Source of the DNA: an uncultured Nitrospina sp.
Lineage (GTDB): Bacteria > Nitrospinota > Nitrospinia > Nitrospinales > VA-1
Assembly: GCA_913045445.1 (NCBI GenBank)
Contig: CAJWQP010000002.1
Coordinates: 5,184-69,183 of the forward strand
DNA: 64,000 nucleotides
Direction: 5' to 3'
Each line of letters begins with the position of its first letter. The first letter of the stretch is position 1. The translations under genes and the position numbers were made by a program. The notes beneath the pieces are model-generated. The model did not search any database. It was given only the letters and a program-made list of their open reading frames with translations, and had not been told where the DNA came from. Of the stretch, positions 36,518 to 45,141 are shown in pieces.

Positions 36518-37245
36518 TTAGACCGATACCATTTATCCCCATTTTTCTGATATCACTCTTGCTGTGGGTGCCTTCAATTGATGCCGAGGTTCTTCAGGTG
36601 GATAGTGATTCCGATGGCAAGATGGATCAGTGGCACCACTTGTCGGGCGACAACAAAATCATTAAAGTCGAGTACGACAAAAACGGTGACTATAAAATTG
36701 ATCAGGTGGATATTTTTGAGCGGAAGGAATTACCTGTTAAGGTTGAATTTGATCGAAACTTTGACGGCATTATGGATCAGCGGCAAGTTTACAATGCAGA
36801 TGGCACCCTGCAACGAGTGGAAAAGGATTCCCAATTTTCAGGCAAATTAGATCTAAGGGAATATTTTGGAGCCGACAACCAGGTTACAAGTGTTGAAATT
36901 GACGTCAATAAGGATGGCAAAGTGGATACATGGCAAACCTTTAGCAAATTAGGGAAACGCACTAATGCTAAATATGATGAGAACCATAATGGCTCGATTG
37001 ACCGATGGGAAATATTTGATAAGACAGAATCTCTCAAAGAAGCCCGCTTTGACACCAGTGGCAATGGAAAACCCGACCAGTTTCAATATTTCACAGGTCC
37101 CACACAATTAAATAAAGTGGAATTTGATACCAATGGGAATGAAAAAATAGACCGTTGGGAGTTTTTTGATTCACAGGGCCACCTTGAGCGAGTGGAACTT
37201 GACAACAACCATGATGGTAAAATAGATATCGTAAAAAGAAAGTGA
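36514..37245 (+). CDS. secreted repeat protein with about nine DxDxDG-type (EF-hand-like) calcium-binding-loop repeats
   Basis: Signal-like N-terminus. A repeat of about 24 aa recurs, for example EIDVNKDGKVDTWQTF, KYDENHNGSIDRWEIF, EFDTNGNEKIDRWEFF and ELDNNHDGKIDIV. Confidence 0.6.
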   Translation: MIRPIPFIPIFLISLLLWVPSIDAEVLQVDSDSDGKMDQWHHLSGDNKIIKVEYDKNGDYKIDQVDIFERKELPVKVEFDRNFDGIMDQRQVYNADGTLQRVEKDSQFSGKLDLREYFGADNQVTSVEIDVNKDGKVDTWQTFSKLGKRTNAKYDENHNGSIDRWEIFDKTESLKEARFDTSGNGKPDQFQYFTGPTQLNKVEFDTNGNEKIDRWEFFDSQGHLERVELDNNHDGKIDIVKRK

Positions 37246-37257
37246 CTGGAGAATTTA

Positions 37258-37644
37258 ATGGAAGTTAGAATTACTGGAGCGGTGCTTTTAGCAACCGCTT
37301 TTTTATTTATTAGCTCTTGTACGCCGAAACCCACAGTAAAAGTCCCTGCCGAATTTGAGGTCGGTCAAAACTATTTCCACAAAGTCTGTGCCAGCTGCCA
37401 TGGAGCCGATGCGTTGGGCAAGCAAACTAAAGCACCAAGACTGATTGATATTGAGTATCTGCCTGCTAACTTTTCCGATGAAGAAATTCGTCAACAAATT
37501 ATTGAAGGGTCCGATAAAATGCCTTCACAGCAAAATAAAATTTCTGACGCAGAGATCGGGGAAGTCATCAAGTACCTCCGTTATTCTCAAGTGGCCGCAG
37601 AGCTTGTCGTTGAAGAGGATGATCCTGATGATGACGAAGCATAA
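37258..37644 (+). CDS. class I c-type cytochrome, probable lipoprotein, acidic C-terminal tail
   Basis: Lipobox-like FISSC, a heme motif CASCHG, a distal Met region (SDKMPSQ), and the tail VVEEDDPDDDEA. Confidence 0.75.
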   Translation: MEVRITGAVLLATAFLFISSCTPKPTVKVPAEFEVGQNYFHKVCASCHGADALGKQTKAPRLIDIEYLPANFSDEEIRQQIIEGSDKMPSQQNKISDAEIGEVIKYLRYSQVAAELVVEEDDPDDDEA

Positions 37645-37819
37645 TTTTTATCAGCAAAAAGAAAGCGTTTGGGTGAAAGCACCGGTGCGGCTTTGGCAAT
37701 CCACATGATAGAAGCAGGAGTTAAAATTTATTCCGAGATGGCGTCCTTTACCAAAGCCAGAGTCTCTGGCAAAACGTCTTCATACAAGTTTTAGTAATTT
37801 ATTAACATCATCATAAACG

Positions 37820-37848
37820 TTGACAGTTTTGGCCTTTTTGGCTAGATT
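37820..37848 (+). promoter_or_regulatory. sigma70-type promoter upstream of dapL
   Basis: TTGACA (37820-37825), a 17-nt spacer, then TAGATT (37843-37848). Confidence 0.5.
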
Positions 37849-37909
37849 GATCGGCTTTATAAGTATTTTCCCCATTTGACCAGCAACCATTTCGATGGAG
37901 TAACTCATT

Positions 37910-39151
37910 ATGTCCGGTAGCGAAAGTTATGTTCAAAACATGTTTGCCAACCGTCTTGGCGGAAATAATTTTGGCAAAGATACAAAAATATATAAGTTCG
38001 AAAAAATAAAACGCGCCAAACGTGCGGCAATGGAAGCGAATCCTGACAAAGAACTTTTTGATCTGGGTGTAGGTGAACCTGATGAAATGGCTTTCCCCGA
38101 AGTAATCAAAACACTCCAGCAGGAAGCGGAAAAACCGGAAAACAGAGGATACACAGATAACGGAATTCAGGACTTTAAAGACGCCGCTATAAAATACATG
38201 GAAAACGTTTTTGGCGTTAAAGGTCTGGACCCCGATAAACATGTAAACCATACCATAGGTTCCAAGCCGGGGCTGGCCATGTTGCCATCAATCTTCATCA
38301 ATCCAGGAAACATTACGTTGATGACTGTCCCGGGTTACCCAGTAATGGGAACTCATACACAATATCTGGGTGGAGAGGTGGTTAACCTGCCGCTCACCAA
38401 GGAAAATAAATTTCTGCCCGATCTAAAATCTATTCCCCAGGACATTGCCAAACGAACCAAACTGCTTTACATCAATTACCCCAACAATCCAACAGGAGCA
38501 AATGCTACTCCTGCATTTTATGAAGAAGTTGTTGAATTTGCCAAAGCCAACGATGTTGTAGTTGTTCAGGATGCCGCATATGCGGCACTGACCTTCGCCG
38601 ACAAACCCACCAGCTTTTTATCCACTCCCGGAGCGATGGATGTGGGCGTTGAACTTCATTCACTATCAAAATCCTATAACATGACAGGATGGAGGATCGC
38701 TTTCGTTGTCGGAAACGAATTAGTGGTGAAAGGTCTCGCACATGTTAAGGACAATATAGATTCTGGTCAGTTTGCGGCTATCCAAAAAGCAGGGGTACAT
38801 GCCCTGGAGCATCCTGAAATCACTGAAAAAATCCTTGAAAAATATCGCCGCAGGTTGACCTTGCTGGTAGATGCTCTAAACACCGTTGGATTTGACGCAG
38901 CCATGTCTGGCGGCTCGTTCTTTCTCTATGTGCAAGCGCCAAAAGGAATCAAGGGGGGACAACGATTTAATTCAGGAGAAGATTTTTCGCAATACCTGAT
39001 CAAAGAAATGATGATCTCCACTGTCCCTTGGGATGATGTTGGAAATTTCATCCGATTTTCAGCAACCTTTGCCGCCAAAGGGCCGGAAGAAGAAAAACGA
39101 ATTATCAATGAAATCAAAAGTCGCTTATCATCAGTAGAGTTCGAATTTTAA
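37910..39151 (+). CDS. dapL: class I/II aminotransferase, LL-diaminopimelate aminotransferase-like
   Basis: 413 aa. Has DLGVGEPD, YPNNPTG and a SLSKSYNMTGWRIAF PLP-lysine region. Substrate assignment by eye is tentative. Confidence 0.65.
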   Translation: MSGSESYVQNMFANRLGGNNFGKDTKIYKFEKIKRAKRAAMEANPDKELFDLGVGEPDEMAFPEVIKTLQQEAEKPENRGYTDNGIQDFKDAAIKYMENVFGVKGLDPDKHVNHTIGSKPGLAMLPSIFINPGNITLMTVPGYPVMGTHTQYLGGEVVNLPLTKENKFLPDLKSIPQDIAKRTKLLYINYPNNPTGANATPAFYEEVVEFAKANDVVVVQDAAYAALTFADKPTSFLSTPGAMDVGVELHSLSKSYNMTGWRIAFVVGNELVVKGLAHVKDNIDSGQFAAIQKAGVHALEHPEITEKILEKYRRRLTLLVDALNTVGFDAAMSGGSFFLYVQAPKGIKGGQRFNSGEDFSQYLIKEMMISTVPWDDVGNFIRFSATFAAKGPEEEKRIINEIKSRLSSVEFEF

Positions 39152-39181
39152 CCGTATTATATTTTATAGAGGAATCTTTTT

Positions 39182-39670
39182 GTGAATGATTCAACCATAA
39201 ACATACATTGGGAAGGCCCATTTGAGTGGAAAGAAGCATTAAAAAAAGGACGTAACAGGTTACGTGCTTTACCAGATTTGCGGCACACACCCTGTACACG
39301 GCTCGGACCTTCCTCTCTACATAGAAAAAACCAATAACTTCGCCAGTGTCAAACTGGAAGAACTCACCGGATTGACTTTGTATGTAGAATATGACCGAGT
39401 AAAAGTGCGCCTGGATTCAGTTGGTACCTGGTTCGACTGGGGTCACTGGTGAAACAAGCAGAAACTCCTTATCCCGCGCCCAAAGGTGAACTTAAAAATA
39501 AACTGGACTCTATAAAAAAGCTACTCGTTGTAGCCAACCACCCACTGTACAATACAAAGTACAAAAATGAAGAAACAATAGGTATTCCGCATGACATGCG
39601 CATTTTTAACACGGGGCAGATGGGACGCATCCTTCCCGAAATAAGCGGAACTTATTTTTTAAACCGCTGA
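39182..39670 (+). pseudogene. GIY-YIG-like gene broken by two frameshifts
   Basis: There are three collinear pieces. Piece 1 is VNDSTINIHWEGPFEWKEALKK (frame 2). Piece 2 is DVTGYVLYQICGTHPVHGSDLPLYIEKT... (frame 0). Piece 3 is ...IKKLLVVANHPLYNTKY... (frame 2 again). The first shift is at the A7 run near 39236-39242. Confidence 0.45.
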
Positions 39671-39699
39671 CATCCTTCTTTATCAAGCTACCTATTTCG

Positions 39700-40191
39700 A
39701 TGACCTATAAGGCATACATTGGGATCGGATCTAACCTTCCCTCTCCTGATAAAAACTGCGTAGAAGCAATTGTAAGGATATCAGCGCTTCGCGATGTAAC
39801 GATTATCGCCAAGTCATCACTATATAAAACAGAACCCCTGGGTCATATAGATCAGGACTGGTTTGTCAATGCCGCGATTAAAATCGAAACCCTGTTGAAT
39901 CCGCAAGAACTGCTATCGGCTTTATTAAAGATAGAAAGTGAAATGGGCAGAATTCGTAAGGAAAAATGGGGGCCTCGTCTGATTGACCTCGACTTGCTAT
40001 TCTACGATGACCTGATTTTAAATCAGGAACGCATGACCTTGCCTCACCCTGAAATTCACAAGCGAAAGTTCGTTCTGGCTCCCATGAATGAAATAGCAGA
40101 AAATCATATCCATCCCACCTTGAAAAAAACAATGAAAACCCTGCTACAAGAATTAACAGGTAACTCTGTCGTTGAAATTATCAGCAATTAA
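39700..40191 (+). CDS. folK: 2-amino-4-hydroxy-6-hydroxymethyldihydropteridine pyrophosphokinase
   Basis: 163 aa. AYIGIGSNL, YKTEPLG, WGPRLIDLDLLFY and LPHPEIHKRKFVL motifs. Confidence 0.85.
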   Translation: MTYKAYIGIGSNLPSPDKNCVEAIVRISALRDVTIIAKSSLYKTEPLGHIDQDWFVNAAIKIETLLNPQELLSALLKIESEMGRIRKEKWGPRLIDLDLLFYDDLILNQERMTLPHPEIHKRKFVLAPMNEIAENHIHPTLKKTMKTLLQELTGNSVVEIISN

Positions 40192-41378
40192 CCTGGTTCG
40201 TCAAGGTTAATAGTTTCCACCGCATCCATGGCACGAGCCATGAGATCTTCCCAAGGAAAACATTTTTCATCAGCCTCCAGCTCTTGTATCTTACTGCGGG
40301 TGGCTGGGTGGTCGGGCATAAAAACGGAACAGCAATCGGGTTGCGGCTCTATACTTATATCGTATGTGCCAATCAATTTTGCCTGAGCAATTATTTCCTG
40401 TTTATTCATTCCTATCAAAGGACGAAACACGCTCATCGGAACAACGCAAGATACCGCCGCTAGATTTTCCAGTGTCTGGGACGCCACCTGCCCCAATGAT
40501 TCACCCGTAACTAATCCCTGGCAATTTTTTGATTCAGCCAAAGCGCAAGCGATGCGATACATCATCCTGCGGTACAACACTACCCGGTTCGCATCACTGC
40601 AGTAATCCCGGATAGCCACCTGAATATCCTGAAATGGAATAACGTAAAGTTTCCCGCCCCCCTGATACCGGTTGAGGATATGCGCCAAACGAACAACCTT
40701 ATCGTATCCACCGCGACCAAGAAAGGTACGGTTATCAAAAAAAACAGAATGAACGCGGCACCCTCTGGCAATAAGCTTTAATGTTGAAACCGGGCTGTCA
40801 ATTCCCCCCGAAAGAAGACTGAGAACCTGACCGGAGCTACCGACAGGGAGCCCGCGAAGTCCTGGAACACGATTATCAAAAACCAAAGTCTCCTGTGGAC
40901 CAATCTCAATTTCAAGAACAAATTCGGCTCTCTTGATATCAACGGAAAGTCCTTTGTAAGAAAGCGCTTTCATAATGCGCGATCCCACTTCGAAATCAAT
41001 TTCCGTCGAAGTAGAAGGAAACAACTTATTAGAACGTCGTGTCCTGACACAAAATTTTAGTTGTCCCAGATTATCCAGCTTAGGCCGAATCAAGCCGATG
41101 CCCCACTCAGCCATTTTATCGAAATCCGGTTCCATGGAAACACCAATGCTGATAGAAGCAATCCCAGGAACAAAAGTTAACCGCTGAACACATTCGTCTG
41201 CGTCCTTCCTGTCCACGCGCCCTAATATACGTCCATGAACTTTCTCAATACGGACACCCTCAATCTCCTTTAGCGCATACCTGATATTGCGGGCCAGTCG
41301 ATTCTCAAAATATTTTCTATTTTTTCCCTTAAGGCCTATCTCATCGTATCGGATAAGAAGAGTTCTGGATTCTTTCAT
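40188..41378 (-). CDS. thiI: tRNA 4-thiouridine synthase ThiI (short form, no rhodanese domain)
   Basis: N-terminal ferredoxin-like/THUMP region and a PP-loop (LLSGGIDSPV). At 396 aa there is no C-terminal rhodanese domain. Confidence 0.85.
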   Translation of the reverse strand: MKESRTLLIRYDEIGLKGKNRKYFENRLARNIRYALKEIEGVRIEKVHGRILGRVDRKDADECVQRLTFVPGIASISIGVSMEPDFDKMAEWGIGLIRPKLDNLGQLKFCVRTRRSNKLFPSTSTEIDFEVGSRIMKALSYKGLSVDIKRAEFVLEIEIGPQETLVFDNRVPGLRGLPVGSSGQVLSLLSGGIDSPVSTLKLIARGCRVHSVFFDNRTFLGRGGYDKVVRLAHILNRYQGGGKLYVIPFQDIQVAIRDYCSDANRVVLYRRMMYRIACALAESKNCQGLVTGESLGQVASQTLENLAAVSCVVPMSVFRPLIGMNKQEIIAQAKLIGTYDISIEPQPDCCSVFMPDHPATRSKIQELEADEKCFPWEDLMARAMDAVETINLDEPG

Positions 41379-42559
41379 TTCTCTTTGCCTTTAAAGGTTG
41401 AGTACAAATTTTCATAAGCGATTGCAAATTCTTTCAAGAACATATCAACTTGATCAATTGTATTATTTATGGAAAAAGAAACACGCAAACTGCAACGAGC
41501 CTCTTCATCAGACAAACCTATTCCTTTTAGAATTTGAGAAGGCTCCTTCGAATTCGCGCTACAGGCGCTCCCCAACCCCACATAAATTTGTTTTTCTTCA
41601 AGGTGATGCAAAAGAACCTCCCCTTCTACGGGAGGAAAACTAAAATTGACGATAGACGGTGATTGGCGAATCAGGTCATCGACATCCAATGAATTAAAAC
41701 GAATATTAAGCTCTGGAATACGTTCAGCCAAATCACTCAAACCCTGTATCAGACGCTGATTAAGACCACGCAAATGATTCTGGGTTTCATCAATTCGTTC
41801 AGCAACAATTTTAACGGCTACCGACATCGCGCGAATCAATGGAACAGGAAGAGTACCAGACCGTATACCATCTTGCTGACCTCCGCCATGAATACAAGGC
41901 TCGATAGATAGTTTTGATTCATAGACTAAAAAGCCAACCCCCTTGGGCCCATGAAATTTATGCGCGGAGACAGAATAACCGGCAAGCCCGCCCCAATATT
42001 CAGCAGGAATCTTTAACTTGCCGACCGCCTGCACCCCGTCCATAAACAGTCGGGTGTCGGGAGAGCTTTGACGCAAAGCATCATAAACCTGAACAGGATC
42101 ATTAACCGTCCCCAACTCATTATTAACATGGGAAAGACACAACAACCGGCACCGGTTATCAGATAATGCCGAAACACCTTGCAAATTAAAACGGCCTTCA
42201 GTTTGAAAATCCAGAAGAGTGAGAGGGTCATTGCCGAAAGACCTGAGATACTCCAGTGTCGCCCTGACACTGGGATGTTCCAAACCCAGACACGCCACTT
42301 TCTTATCAGGAAAACAGCGTCCTTTAATAAAAAGATTATTGGCCTCACTGCCGCCACTGGTAAACACTATTTTGTGGGTGGAGGAAATATTCAAAGCACG
42401 GGCAATATCTTCCCTTGCCTGCTCAACTTTCCTACGAGCATCGAGGCCAATAGAATAGACGGTTCCCGGATTCGCAAAATCAGAATCCATAGAATCTGCC
42501 AGAACATCCATCACTTGGGGAAACATGGGAGTGGTTGCGGCATTGTCGAGATAAATCAT
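41375..42559 (-). CDS. class V aminotransferase cysteine desulfurase (NifS/IscS-like)
   Basis: IYLDNAATTP, SAHKFHGPKG (PLP Lys) and GSACS active-site Cys loop. It has a 4-nt overlap with thiI. Confidence 0.85.
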   Translation of the reverse strand: MIYLDNAATTPMFPQVMDVLADSMDSDFANPGTVYSIGLDARRKVEQAREDIARALNISSTHKIVFTSGGSEANNLFIKGRCFPDKKVACLGLEHPSVRATLEYLRSFGNDPLTLLDFQTEGRFNLQGVSALSDNRCRLLCLSHVNNELGTVNDPVQVYDALRQSSPDTRLFMDGVQAVGKLKIPAEYWGGLAGYSVSAHKFHGPKGVGFLVYESKLSIEPCIHGGGQQDGIRSGTLPVPLIRAMSVAVKIVAERIDETQNHLRGLNQRLIQGLSDLAERIPELNIRFNSLDVDDLIRQSPSIVNFSFPPVEGEVLLHHLEEKQIYVGLGSACSANSKEPSQILKGIGLSDEEARCSLRVSFSINNTIDQVDMFLKEFAIAYENLYSTFKGKEK

Positions 42560-42586
42560 AATATAAATACAAACCGCAATTGAGTA

Positions 42587-43141
42587 TCAGCCTTGATATG
42601 GGTCCATGAGATCATGCTCTATGTCCAATTGATCCAGAATGCGTGCAACGACAAAATCGACAAGATCATCAAAGGTTTTCTGTCCGGAATAGAATCCAGG
42701 AGAAGCAGGCAAAACCACAGCGCCAGCTTGATCAAGAGCCAAAATATTTTTTAAATGAATGGTACTAAAAGGTGTCTCTCTGGGGACAACGATCATTTTA
42801 CGCTTTTCCTTTAAAATCACATCGGCGGCCCTCTCTACCAGTGTCGATGAAATTCCTGAAGCAATTCTCCCTATCGTCCCCATACTTGCGGGAACCACCA
42901 CCATACCATCAGTACGAAACGAACCACTGGCAATACAGGAATTGATCTTCGAATTTTTATAGAGAGCCACATTATCACCAGAAAAATAAGAGCTATCTAA
43001 ATCCAATTCAAGCTTGAGCAGTTCGGCTCCTCTTTCAGAAATCACCACATGCAACTCAGCGTGATTTTTCAGCACATCAAACAATCGCCTTGCATAGCAA
43101 ACGCCACTGGCCCCTGTAACTCCCAAAATAAATCGTTTCAT
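42587..43141 (-). CDS. ubiX: flavin prenyltransferase UbiX
   Basis: 184 aa. GVTGASG, VVPASMGTIGRIASG and PRETP motifs. Confidence 0.85.
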   Translation of the reverse strand: MKRFILGVTGASGVCYARRLFDVLKNHAELHVVISERGAELLKLELDLDSSYFSGDNVALYKNSKINSCIASGSFRTDGMVVVPASMGTIGRIASGISSTLVERAADVILKEKRKMIVVPRETPFSTIHLKNILALDQAGAVVLPASPGFYSGQKTFDDLVDFVVARILDQLDIEHDLMDPYQG

Positions 43142-43142
43142 T

Positions 43143-43748
43143 TTATATTCCCGTCAACTCATTAATATCCCCGCATAATTGAGCGTGAATATCTTCAATC
43201 GTAGAATTACTATTTATCTTTTTAATATGGACACCCTGAAATGAATTAAAAATTTCCTGAACCTTTACGAGATACTCCAGTTTTTCAAAAGAACTATAGC
43301 CATCGCGTGAACTTTCAATTCGTTTCAAACATTGTTCAGGTGGCGCAATAAAAATGTAAGCCCGGTCAGGGATTGGTGCGAATTCAATATTATCACGAAG
43401 AATACTGTCAGAATCCAGCCCCAACGCGCCCTGATATGCGGCCGTGGAATAATAGTATCTATCCAGCAGAACGACTTTATTATCGTTTAAGGCTGGCAAA
43501 ATGTTTTTTTCAACATCCTCCCGTCGATCTTCAAGGAACCAGGAAAGTTCCTCTTCGCGGCTGACATCGCCTCGCCCTTCTGATAATATTTCCCTGATTT
43601 TCTGGCCCCAGACCCCGTCCGTCGGCTCTCTCAGACGGACAACAGGAACCCTCTTACCAATTAAATATTCTTCCATCTTCCGACACTGAGTGCTTTTTCC
43701 AGTGCCATCAATCCCTTCAAAAACAATCAACTGACCACGTTCGGGCAC
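43143..43748 (-). CDS. tmk: thymidylate kinase
   Basis: P-loop FEGIDGTGKST, LLDRYYYST and the LREPT region. Confidence 0.85.
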   Translation of the reverse strand: MPERGQLIVFEGIDGTGKSTQCRKMEEYLIGKRVPVVRLREPTDGVWGQKIREILSEGRGDVSREEELSWFLEDRREDVEKNILPALNDNKVVLLDRYYYSTAAYQGALGLDSDSILRDNIEFAPIPDRAYIFIAPPEQCLKRIESSRDGYSSFEKLEYLVKVQEIFNSFQGVHIKKINSNSTIEDIHAQLCGDINELTGI

Positions 43749-43878
43749 AAAGTATCTCCATCAAACAATATTTTAAAAAGGTTATACTACATTATTCCCA
43801 AAACCAATGTAAAATAAACCATCTGCAAATATTCCACCTGAAACTCACAACATAATTTGTGTCGTAGGGACGAGAAAC

Positions 43879-44103
43879 ATGAAGTTTTATCCAAAAACAT
43901 TAATTATTTTTATCGCGAAACATCTATTTATATTCTGTTTGCCAATTTCAGCCTTAGCAATAGAATCAAGTACACCTTTCCTGACTCAAGGTGAAAAGGA
44001 CTGGCTGGCCGCCCATCCGGTAATAAAAATAGCACCCGACCCAGATTTCCTCCCTGTGGAGCATATCGATAAAAATGGTAACTACCTGGGTGTGGAGTTG
44101 TGA
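43879..44103 (+). pseudogene. N-terminal fragment of a periplasmic solute-binding (SBP_bac_3-like) sensor domain protein
   Basis: A signal peptide is followed by LTQGEKDWLAAHPVIKIAPDPDFLPVEHIDKNGNYLGV, as at the start of many sensor kinase or GGDEF periplasmic domains. The ORF stops after 74 aa. Confidence 0.45.
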
Positions 44104-44386
44104 AAAATGATTTTCATTTTTGCACAGGCTCCACGGGTTCTACAACAACTTCTTTTCAGACTTGAACTAAAGAACCTGGAGTCAACATCGATGGTTTTTT
44201 CTGATTCAGTCTCCTTAATTCTGCCATCGTTTGGCGTTTTATAATATCTCTTGCGGTTAATATTTCCCTCTGCCGTCCGTGACTACTTTCTCGTTCGATA
44301 CTTTCTTCTTCATAACTACCTCCTTCTTAAGGAAAGTTTAACAGAAAGTATCTCTTAAATTTTTAACTCAATTGGTCCAGATTTTG

Positions 44387-44415
44387 TTGACAGCGAACAC
44401 TAAAGATTTGATATT
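44387..44415 (+). promoter_or_regulatory. candidate sigma70 promoter for the 44576 operon
   Basis: TTGACA (44387-44392), a 17-nt spacer, then GATATT (44410-44415). An alternative is TGaTATTTT. Confidence 0.3.
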
Positions 44416-44575
44416 TTTTATGCCCGACAATACCTGCCGGTTGAAATTAGAATGATTTTGTACAATAATGATGCATGTTCCCGATAAGCTTTTTTAATTG
44501 AGTTAGTTGCAAAAACTAATGTCTCGAGATCCCCTCCAAAAGGCAGCGGATTACAATATAATGGGTAGTTTTTGA

Positions 44576-45109
44576 GTGAAAAAATACTTTAAAGTTCTGG
44601 GATGGATCTTTCTAGGAATTTTCCTCCAGTTTAAGTTCAGCGTACTATACGGAATTGTCTTTCTGGAAAATCTAAACTTCCACGAACGCGCTTATTACGT
44701 CAAAATAAAACTGGTTCCAGTCAGTCAGGATGCTCACCTGTTGAATGTTAAGACCGTTGTTCACCACTCCCTGGGCCCTGACTATTTCGCCAATGTCTAT
44801 GTTCCGAAATCTTTTAAGGTGATCAACAAAGAAACCTATGAGGGAACTGAAAAAATAAAGGGATACTCAGCGTATAAAATGAATATGAAAAGAAAGTACC
44901 GGGATGTACTGAGTTCCGAGGACTTTGTCATTACGGCCACTGTTCCCGGCGATAAAGTTAACAACGCACCTATTCTCATTCACTTTGAGAATATGAACCA
45001 GCGCCTCCATACGGACAAAACTTATACATTGTCCAGCATGGAAAATAAAATCCAGTTGCTGGGGCCTGAGAGAGCTGAAGCAACTTATCCGCAACAACTG
45101 GGAATGTAG
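44576..45109 (+). CDS. hypothetical membrane-anchored protein (177 aa, GTG start)
   Basis: N-terminal hydrophobic helix. No domain was recognised. Confidence 0.4.
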   Translation: MKKYFKVLGWIFLGIFLQFKFSVLYGIVFLENLNFHERAYYVKIKLVPVSQDAHLLNVKTVVHHSLGPDYFANVYVPKSFKVINKETYEGTEKIKGYSAYKMNMKRKYRDVLSSEDFVITATVPGDKVNNAPILIHFENMNQRLHTDKTYTLSSMENKIQLLGPERAEATYPQQLGM

Positions 45110-45141
45110 TGTCTCTCCCGTATTAGCCCGAAGCCACCCAG

